This document shows positions 54,320 to 64,000 of a stretch of 64,000 nucleotides of DNA, piece after piece. This DNA comes from Phoronis australis (lineage: Eukaryota; Animalia; Phoronida), in the NCBI GenBank assembly GCA_002633005.1, contig NMRA01000874.1, forward strand, positions 47,913 to 111,912, given 5' to 3'. The notes under the pieces were generated by a model. The model had not been told where the DNA came from and searched no databases. It was given only the letters and a program-made list of their open reading frames with translations. Made by a program: the position numbers and the translations under genes. How positions within the stretch are numbered: the first letter of the stretch is position 1; every line of letters begins with the position of its first letter.

Positions 54320-57286
54320 CTGAAAGACAGCATAGCACAAAATAGACATTTTCATTTTTCATTTTCCCAGTTCCAGTGAGTAAGTAACGGGTTTGGGATT
54401 CCCCTGTCTTACTTTACAACATTGGCAACGCAAATACACAGTGGAATTGATTTTTACAAACAGAAAAACAACACTACATAAAGGGAATGTGTTGTGTAAA
54501 TTTCTGAGAGAAGTATACAAGAAAACCCTTTGCATACTATTTTTTCCAAAATAGAGTTTCTCAACCAATCTTTATATTGTAGAATTTTCTATTCATCTAT
54601 CTTACTTGAGAATTCATACAAGAAAGCCTATAGCTTCAACATTAGAATATTGCATTCATAAAATTTCAACATCTAAAGCAATCCAATGTTTAACTAGGGT
54701 AATTTCATCACTGGTGTGCACTGCTTTCCAAAAGGAAAAACTTCGACAAGGCAGTAAATTAAAAAACAAAAACAATTTCTTATACTTTTATATAATGACA
54801 AAAATCTACATTCAAGTTCGAAAGCAGAATTTTTTTAGCTAACAGCTGATATAAACATCATTAAATTTGATTCAGTCACGTCCAGTTAGCGGCTGAAAGT
54901 TTATCCCCTAACTATGAGTCACAAGAATTAACCGGGAAGTGAAAAGTGTGTGAAGTGCTCGCATTACTTCGATTTTTAAAAATATTCATTAATGTCCCAA
55001 TTTATTGTAATGGATATTAATAGAAAGAAGAAAGTTCAAATAATTCGCTGAATTATTTTTCATTTTCCACCACTTTGCATGCTAATAGATATGACCTTGT
55101 GAAAATAACGAAAAATGGCAAAATTTCGCTCTTGCTGAGTTTTGGCCACATTGGTTTGCTATGTATTGTAGACATAGTTACAGATGAGAAACTACTACAT
55201 TTAGGTCAAGCCAAAATTCCAACAAAATCACAAAATTCAAACTAAATTTCCTCGTAAACGACTGCGAATTCAACCAGATGAAAAGATTTATCCAATTAAT
55301 ACCGTCAGAGGTCCTAAAGTCGTGAATGATCTTATTTCCTCTTCTGCGCTGTCCCGCGACATCTGGCGTTGAAGTTTCCAGCGTTCGTCTGCTTGCGAAC
55401 GTCAAATGAATACCCGGACGTGTTGGTATTCACAATATGATAACAAACAGTGAGTGAGTGGCTTCTTTTTTCAAATGTATCTTAAAAACAGCATATTTCA
55501 CTAATCCACTTTTTGTGCATTTTTGGGATATATTTTCGAAAATATTCATCGTTCAGATTTACTCAAACACGAGCTCCAGGGGTAGCTTGAAAATGTATCA
55601 AAATGTCCTAGGGTCGATAAAGTTTTGTAAGGCCAAAGCAATAAAATACAGAGAGATAATTGATGCTGGGTCCTTAGCGTTTTACGTGAATAAAACCTCA
55701 TTGAAAACGTCTGTGCACATCAAAGTTGGATGCAAAACATATAACAATTTATTGCAACTGAATTAATAAACAATGCAATGCATTTTTATGTCATCTAGAG
55801 TAACTGTACGCACTGTAGTTGACTTGTGTGGTCTTACTTCGTGTATTTCCGTCTAACCGAAACGGTCACGACTTTAGGCCTCATATCAGCGACCGTTTCA
55901 AAACTCTGCTTACGGAGACAAACAAGGATTAAGATTGTCAAAACACGTATATTTGTGAAGGCTGATATATGTCCATGACATCACATGAGCAGTTGCTAAC
56001 GGACATTGGGTAGTATGACAATCAGCTGCTTATTACGCTTATATTCACGACTTTAGGTCACCGGTGTCTACAACCGATTTTTGTGCTGAACTGTCGCAGT
56101 GTTCGGGCCCATCAACGACAACTTGTCAAGTTAGTTGCGGCGCGTTTCGTAGCATTAATGCGACTTGTATGGCTGGCATACGCGATTTAGTTTGCATAAA
56201 ACACAACAAGTTAATTTCAAACACAAACATTTGCTCGAAATGCGCGAAATAAAAACGAAAGTTTACCTTTGTTGCTACATACAAGACACCGGAAGTTACG
56301 AATCCTCCTCACGTAGTTCGCGTTAGGCCGCGAGATATGACGAAGTCGCGACTCTCTTAACGAGTACCTATAGGTTACATGTAGCATTTGCGTAGACTGA
56401 ATAGTAGCTTGACCGGCCGGCTATTATTACGTATTAGCTAGCATCTGTATGTTACGCGGGTTTTTGGTGACAAGTGTTCTCGAATTTAGCGCCATTCGTA
56501 GATGTGTATCGCCGAATGTGTTTTCCTCGGATGCTGGAATTTTTAGATAAAGCACGAACTGTCAGCCAAACTGTTGTAAGTACTGAGTATTGTAATATGT
56601 AGAAAATTAAATCAATTACTGGACTTACGGATTGAGTTGGTTATGTTACGAGTATTATGGCATAGCATGTTGTACTCTAGGCAATGACCATCGCCTCTGT
56701 TGGCCCCGACCAGAGGCGATGCAGCTCCTATAGGCGCTCCATACGCCGGAAGCTTTTTGGCGAATTATGCCCCGCACTGGCTAAAACATGAAAGTCACGT
56801 TGTTATGAATACCTTTTGCGTATGGAGGAACACCTTAGGAGGTTGGCGGTGTGTTTAATTCCTTCCAACTCGAACAAATACTCCCGTTATCGAACTTTTT
56901 GTTCGAGCAGTCCCTCGTTCAGTTCCCAAAATCGTGAAGTCACCATTTTTATACTGCGCACGCTCCAATTTTTACCGCGCTCGCTAGGTGATGTGACTTC
57001 ATGACCTTAATCTTTAAATAGGCCAAAGGTGAGCCATTGCGGTCTTGTCAGTCAAATGTTCGTTTCCAAAATGCCACCACTACTTGTCTTTAATTGGCAT
57101 TACTTGAAACTGATTGTATTTCAATAAATTATTGTTTGTATTTGATAAAAATAAATGCTGTTGATATGACATTTAATAGTCTTTATGCACATATTTGATG
57201 TTTAACAACACGGCAAATGCACGGCTGGTTCCCGGCAGCACGTACGCAAAGGGCGGGAACTTCAGCTTTCAAAGTTCGCCGAAGAG

Positions 57287-57628
57287 GACCGCAAATTCTG
57301 ACCTTCGGCCTGCTTAAAAGAATAAGTACGTCATATCTCTTGGCGAGCGCCGAGTGAAAATGTTGAGTTCACGATTTTGGGAACTGAAATAGGGACTGCT
57401 CGAAGAAAAAGTTTGATAACGGGAGTATTTGTTCGAATTGGAAGGAATTAAACACATCGACAACCTCCTAAGGTGTTCCTCTATGCGCAAAAGGTATTTA
57501 AAACAACGTGACTTTGATGTTTTAGTCGGTGCGAGGCATAATTCGCCGAAAAGCTTCCGGCGTATGGAGCGCCTATAGGAGCTGCATCACCTCTGGTCGG
57601 GGCCAACAGAGGCGATGGTCATTGCCTA
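57287..57628. repeat. Internal third TIR copy (right-end type) of the Academ element
   Basis: Direct-orientation near-copy of 63525-63894, ending GGTCATTGCCTA; inverted relative to the left TIR. Confidence 0.9.
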
Positions 57629-59221
57629 GCGAGGTGTGTGAGAGACCAAGATTCTTTTGACATGAGTAATCATGTGAATCCGTAATTCTTCATAATCCAC
57701 CGGCTGGGGAAGGAACACACTAGTAAGAATACCACCAGCGTTTCGGCGGGTCCAAGAAATGTCATCGAGATGCCGAAAAGACACCCTATTCCTGACGATA
57801 AGAGTGTTTGCAAACATGGCCATCACGTTGGTGGTTTCAGTGGTTTCCTTTTCTCGGCGAATCATCTTGCCTACATTGTCCCATACAATAGAATAGCCCA
57901 GAACTGAAAAATGATAATCATATTACTTAGAAAGGATAAGAAAGACTCGATCCATCCCCTCATTCGTATGAAGTAACCACTCACGGTTGACGAGAGGGGT
58001 GGAGGTTAATTTTTTCCACCTCCGTACGAAAGTTGTAGGTGATTGATGACAGCAGCCGAACCCTGTCATACATCGATGGGGTTGACCCCACTAAAATGAA
58101 CTTTCTAAGGCCTACGATGGTAACTCGCTGCGCTGGTCGGTATAAACTTTATATTGTTTACATAACATAAAAATCTGTTAACCAGCATTCTCAAACTTTT
58201 TGTAAGATGTCTTGTATAGCAAATGGAAATGCCGGGCACATTTAAACTTGATTTACCAACGTTAAACTCTGGCCCCTTAAATCCGATTTCATCAACACAC
58301 GTGTGATCTTCAAGTATGAAGATGAACTTACACTTATCAGTTTGTTGAAAGGAGTCATCGTCAGGTAAAAGAAACAACCGCCGTCTGCTCAGCACTGGAT
58401 CAGGCACGTGTCCGTAACTAAGTGTGGCTGTTGATTGGGCAGAACTGGGTGTGTGGACCACGGACGTTGGGGATGATCTGAATGGTGGAGTGCGAACATC
58501 TTCAGGAGACTGAAGCGTCGATGGTTCAGGGCGGAACAGCATGGCATTTGAAAAGCCTGTCGTCGCCTGATCCTCTTGAATGACATGAACAGCCTGCGTG
58601 AGTTGCGAATGCTGAGTTGCACGTATTTCGGCAGCAACTGAAGAATCTGACAGTGCCTCAGCAGTCTGCGGGGTCAAGGGGTCAAGGGGCTGCGAAACGG
58701 AATGGCACGCCGAGCTCTCACAGTAAATGGAGAATGGAGCACCGTGTCTTCTTGTGGATCTTGATGTTGTGACTGCTGGGACATGTGCTGAGGGCTGCGA
58801 TGCAGAGTGGTACGAGCACTAAATGTAGATTCGGGCACTATAGCTTCGTCCACAAGAACGGACACTGCGTAATCACTTTCCTGAAATTTCAAAAATTAAT
58901 TGGATTGTACATGGTGGCCCAAATCAAGGGTTTTCAGCTTTTTAAAAATACTACTCTCAATCGCCTTTTATGTTAAAATGTAGTGTAACGAACTTACTGC
59001 GGATGTCGAGACAACTGGAGAAACATCGCTGCCTGTTGGGGATGGGTCATCGTTGTCTGGCAAAGACCCCTGAAATGATTATTCTTGAATAAGTATTTAA
59101 AAAGTTACACATAACTATAAGACAAACGCTCAATTCTGTGCAAACAATAGTAAAATCACGACACTTGAATGCGTTTCCAATTGCCTAACTTAAATGACTG
59201 GCAATAGTTCAATATAAAATA

Positions 59222-61056
59222 ATGCTGAATTCTTCAAATAATGTCAACATTGTTGAGAATTTCACTATGTCAACTATTGAGCTCCCACCCAAGACACAAG
59301 AGGGAATATCATTTAAGTTTCAAGACATTCAAGTTGACTACGTCCGAGAACAAATAAAAACTTTGAACTCTAGTAGTGCCAGTGGCATCGATAGCATTGA
59401 TGCCAAACTATTAAAACTGGCGTCTCAACAAATAGCTGAGCCCCTTACCAACATCATGAATTTAAGTTTAAAAACGGCCACAATTCCTAGAGAATGGAAG
59501 ACGGCAGTTGTTACTCCTGTTTTTAAAGATGGTGAAAAGTCAAGTTGCGAAAATTATAGGCCAATATCGGTCCTCCCTGCAGTGTCCAAAATTCTTGAAA
59601 GGTGTGTTCAAAAGCAGCTTCACCAGTTCCTGGAACAAAATTCCCTTCTCTCGGCAGCACAGTCTGTTTTCCGTCCCTTGCATTCCACTCTTACTACAAA
59701 CATTCATGCTACTGAGTTTATCTTTAATAATATGGATCAGGGGAGGCTAACTGGTGCTGTCTTTGTTGACCTTAAGAAAGCCTTTGACACTGTGGACCAT
59801 GGTATCCTACTGCAGAAACTAGAGTCATATGGAGTTAATGACAACGAACTCCTTTTGTTTAGAAACTACTTATACGACCGTAAACAGGCCACCAAATACG
59901 GTGGTATACTTTCTGACTACTCAACCGTAATCACGAGGGTACCTCAGGGTTCCATTTTGGGCCCTCTATTATTCACTATTTTTGTAAACGATCTCCCTAG
60001 TGTCCTCCACAACAGTGTCCTAGTTTTATACGCTGATGACACTGCAATTATGTCCACAGCTGGATCAGTAAAAGAACTCCAAACTTCTCTCAACAATGAG
60101 CAAGCCATTATCCATGACTGGCTGATTCAAAATAAACTCACTCCTAACGTTAGTAAAACCAAGTCGATGCTGTTTGGAACCCACCAGAAATTAAAACAAC
60201 AAAAACTATCCCTTTCTATCAATGGTTCTCCCATCGAGAATGTTGACAAGTTTAAGTACTTGGGCCTTACTTTAGATCCCAATCTTAAATTTNNNNNNNN
60301 NNNNNNNNNNNNNNNNNNNNNNNNNNNNNNNNNNNNNNNNNNNNNNNNNNNNNNNNNNNNNNNNNNNNNNNNNNNNNNNNNNNNNNNNNNNNNNNNNNNN
60401 NNNNNNNNNNNNNNNNNNNNNNNNNNNNNNNNNNNNNNNNNNNNNNNNNNNNNNNNNNNNNNNNNNNNNNNNNNNNNNNNNNNNNNNNNNNNNNNNNNNN
60501 NNNNNNNNNNNNNNNNNNNNNNNNNNNNNNNNNNNNNNNNNNNNNNNNNNNNNNNNNNNNNNNNNNNNNNNNNNNNNNNNNNNNNNNNNNNNNNNNNNNN
60601 NNNNNNNNNNNNNNNNNNNNNNNNNNNNNNNNNNNNNNNNNNNNNNNNNNNNNNNNNNNNNNNNNNNNNNNNNNNNNNNNNNNNNNNNNNNNNNNNNNNN
60701 NNNNNNNNNNNNNNNNNNNNNNNNNNNNNNNNNNNNNNNNNNNNNNNNNNNNNNNNNNNNNNNNNNNNNNNNNNNNNNNNNNNNNNNNNNNNNNNNNNNN
60801 NNNNNNNNNNNNNNNNNNNNNNNNNNNNNNNNNNNNNNNNNNNNNNNNNNNNNNNNNNNNNNNNNNNNNNNNNNNNNNNNNNNNNNNNNNNNGTTCTTCT
60901 GTTGCTGGCAATGTTTCTTCTAAAAAAATTAAAACCGAGACGGGCAAGAGTTCTTTTATCTATGCAGCTGCTATAATATGGAATTCTTTTAGCCCAGAAA
61001 TTAAACGGTCCAATTCAATTACTACCTTTAAAGTTAATGTTAAAAAGTGGCTGTAA
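59222..61056 (+). CDS. LINE ORF2 reverse transcriptase fragment (spans assembly gap)
   Basis: Open from 59222 to the gap at 60293 with RT core motifs; resumes after 60892 in a different frame from the ORF track. Confidence 0.8.
60293..60892. other. Assembly gap (N run)
   Basis: Run of N inside the LINE ORF. Confidence 0.99.
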
Positions 61057-64000
61057 TTTACTTAACCTTTTATACCCTGCCTGTCTTAATCATGTCATTT
61101 TTTCATTGTCGTAAATACTCTCATTGTCTAGAGTCATCTCTTAATTTATTTCATCTGTCTTAGTTAATTTTTTACCATTATTTGTCATTTAGTTATTGTC
61201 TTAATTCTCAACCTTAACTGTTTTAATTGTATCTTTGTTACGTATATTTCATTGTTGTTTGATTACTTCATTGTATTATATTACTGTTTTTCTTGTTGAA
61301 GGCCCTCTTGGAAAGCAGTGCTGTAACTGAAGAGGCCACCCTCATTTTAAATATCACAATAATAAATAAATAAATAAATCTTAAAAATAACCTTTTTATT
61401 TTTTCTAAACATTCACTGTCGAACACGATATTATTCAAACCATTCTTCCGGTAGACATAAGATACACGAAAGCTACTTGGATCATACCAATATTAGCGAG
61501 GTATCAGTGTACGTAAGATACGAGACAAAAGTGGCTTTAGTCGCGCTTCTTGTCAGTGGAAAATCTTATTAAGTATTGACGGTCAAGTGATAGCGTTTCC
61601 AATTCAGAAAATCAGCTGCATTAGCATCACTGTTGCGGTTACGTGATCATCGTATGCTGCGTCAGGAGCGAATTTTTAACAATCGGAGGGTTTGAATGTT
61701 TTCAACGAAAGACGAAAATGGCGACGAACAGATGTCTAAGTTAACGACATTGGTTTCGTCTCGCTATAATTTTGAAATAACTGCTGAACTTGGAATGGTT
61801 TATTTTTCACAACGAAGATTTCTGAGCGATCTATCTCAAGGAGGGAGATTTTAGTCTTGAAAGAGTGTGCGTCCTTTTTCCCAGGGGCAGAAGAATAGTG
61901 AGGTGTCCGTCGGTAAACTCATTAGGCCTAATAGAAGTTTTCGATGAAGCTTATCATGTGTGCGAAAACCCTTTTTCTAATAATTCTATAGAACAAATTG
62001 AAAACGGTATCACAGAGGAGAATTTCTGTTTATTCACCACCTTGCTATGCACGCTCATAAATAGCTGTAGGCTGGTCTATTTCGGCAAAAACTTGAATGA
62101 TCGACGATTTTCCCGAATGTACAAAAGGCAGCATAAGGAGAACAGTGGTGGCACCAGTGGCCAAGGTTCAAGTTTTCTCGATGACACAGTCCTGAATACT
62201 TGTAACAATGTGGGGGCGGCGGTTTCCAGCTGTAAACATAACTGTTCCCAAGTGAAGTTGCTCATTGAGTCAGGCGTAAGGTCTTTATTTGCAAGGGTTG
62301 CTTCTTTTCGCAAGGCCTTTACTTCTTGCTTGATTATACGCATTGTGATTTGAAGCATTGTATCCTTGCCCCTCTTTGTTCGAGAAAGTGCCCTCACGGC
62401 AACTGGTATATTGCGCTTTTCCAAATTTCTCCTTGCAACTTCTGCATGCCCTCGCTTAATTTTCATGGGTGTTGATATCTGAATTTATAAGATGGGATTT
62501 AGAATAGGTAAATGGCACAGCACACAAGACATTGAAAGATAAGTGACGATTTTTTTGGACAGGACTCATGCGAGCCCAGCCTTAAAAATGGGGGAGCGAC
62601 TTTCTGACGACTGATGCGAACCTTTTACTAACAAAAAGCGGGAAAATTAAATAAAAAACGTAATAACATGTTCAGAGCTCTGAATTGTGCGTTTTCGGAC
62701 TTTTGTCTCGTTTCCTCAGTCTTTGCGCTTCTCTGAGGCAGACCCTTTTGCCCACTTCACCAAGTAGGGGGGTGGGGGTGTTTCCTACGAGCCCCCCTCC
62801 CCCTGCGCACATGATGATTACCTCGCATATTTCTGTTTCTGTCGCGAACGCCATTAACAAACAGCGAGACAACGTGATTCTCATATTGCCATTCACAGGC
62901 ATTTGGAACCCATTTCAATGAAAATATAGCGCATTGCGTTTTCTCACTTAACCACGGTCTCATTTATCATTTTAGGCAGGCCAAATACTATAATAGGAAC
63001 TCATGCAGTGGCCTGTTAATAAACTTGTAATGAAGCCAACAGAAAACAGCAACTTTGCATAAAAGTACTACCTTTCATTGTGTTATCGTTGGTCTGCAAG
63101 CACCGTGACAGGCTTTATATTAACAGACCCACTCAATGAAATGGTTCAGTTGATTTCGTACGAGATCATAATTAAACCTGTCAACTGGCAGATAGATAAT
63201 GTGTTGAGCGAACTGACACTGAACAGACACATTTAGCAATAGACATTTGAATAAAGTGCATGAACCTAGAAGCTTGTTACTGTTGCAAATGACCTTTGGA
63301 AAACCAATCATCCGAACCCTAACTTAAAACCTTTTTATTAAACATTAAAATGTCAAATATGTGCTCAAAGACGGCTAAATGTCTTATCAACAGCATTTAT
63401 TTTTATTAAGTTCAAACAATAATTCATTAAATACAATCAGTTTCAAGGCACACCAATTAAAGACAATTAGTGGCGGCCTAAGACATTGCCGAGGTATTTT
63501 GGAAGCGAACATTTGATTGACAAGATCGCAAGTTCTCACCTTTGGCCTATTTAAAAGGTAGATGTCATGACGTCATATCACCTGGCGGGCGCGGTAAAAA
63601 TTGGAGCGTGCGCAGTGCGAAATTGTCGAGTTCACCACGATTTTGAGAACTGAAATAGGGACTGCTCGAAGAAAAAGTTTGATAATTGGAATATTTGTTC
63701 GAATTGGAAGGAATTAAACACATCGACAACCTCCAAAGGTGTTTCTCTATGCGCAAAAGGTATTTATAACAGCGTGACTTTGATGGTTTAGTCAGTGCGA
63801 GGCATAATTCGCCGAAAAGCTTCCGGCGTATGGAGCGCCTATAGGAGCTGCATCACCTCTGGTTCGGGCCAACAGAGGCGATGGTCATTGCCTAGTTGTA
63901 CTCGTGTGTATCTACTAGCTGAGTTTAGAGCGAGCGTATAGTTGTTGTTTAACGTATATAGTTCATAGGCGGATTTAGGGGAGGCCCAAGGGGCCTGCCC

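Larger units (their letters stand above)
59222..61379 (+). mobile_element. 5'-truncated non-LTR retrotransposon, CR1/L2 group (L2/Crack-like), nested in the Academ
   Basis: RT motifs NYRPISVLP, FVDLKKAFDTVDH, VPQGSILGPLLF, LYADDT, KFKYLG; after the gap the C-terminus GKSSFIYAAAIIWNSFSPEIK...KKWL* (TAA 61054-61056); 3' UTR stem GGCCCTCTT...AAGAGGCC and (AATA)n tail; 5' edge approximate. Confidence 0.9.
57629..62478 (-). pseudogene. Spliced, disrupted Academ-type transposase gene
   Basis: Exon-like blocks: from 62478 (NFTWEQLCLQLETAAPTLLQVF, premature TAG at 62077-62079), 59069-58998, ~58880-58332 (S/P/T-rich, frameshifted by a GGGGTCAA duplication near 58675), 57903-57629 (GYSIVWDNVGK...RNRVSFRHL...FLPQPVDYEELR...VKRILVSH). 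Family assignment is from recalled Academ motifs plus the element structure. Confidence 0.72.
56678..63894 (-). mobile_element. Academ-superfamily DNA transposon (AcademH-like), defective and rearranged
   Basis: Termini TAGGCAATGACC...GGTCATTGCCTA; TIRs ~56678-57198 and ~63353-63894; perfect 9-bp TSD GTTGTACTC at 56669-56677 and 63895-63903; Academ-like transposase fragments on the - strand. Confidence 0.85.

Noticed and set aside
56678-57628. Reading the 950-bp inverted-repeat unit as a stand-alone TA-flanked Tc1/mariner MITE
   Set aside because: The TA belongs to TAG...CTA termini; the 9-bp TSD pairs 56678 with 63894, not with 57628.
60285-60976. 220-aa minus ORF and the VLLLLAMF... tail of the 584-aa ORF
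   Set aside because: Artefacts of translating through Ns; the real LINE C-terminus is in another frame and ends at 61056.

Overview
Eukaryotic genomic DNA from an invertebrate animal (species not determinable from sequence alone), with GT-AG introns and one ~600-nt assembly gap (60293-60892). Main contents: (1) a complete 16-exon dynamin-related protein 1 gene (DNM1L/Drp1, + strand, 1539-15974, 695 aa); (2) a convergent gene on the - strand with an intron-free 471-aa CDS encoding a stand-alone HHxxxDG condensation/alcohol-acyltransferase-fold enzyme (20781-22196), with a plausible CCAAT/TATA promoter and non-coding first exon near 25.3-25.5 kb; (3) a ~34-kb stretch with no recognisable intact gene, holding MITEs, a LINE relic and a possible broken gene fragment; (4) a 7.2-kb Academ-superfamily DNA transposon (56678-63894) with TAG...CTA termini, ~520-540-bp TIRs and a perfect 9-bp TSD (AcademH-like), carrying a third internal TIR, a truncated transposase and a nested CR1/L2-group LINE. 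The most unusual signals are two tandem arrays built from a DNM1L exon end plus its splice donor, a candidate 3-nt microexon in the Drp1 variable domain, and the three-TIR Academ. Exon boundaries and repeat alignments were read by eye; no database search was run.
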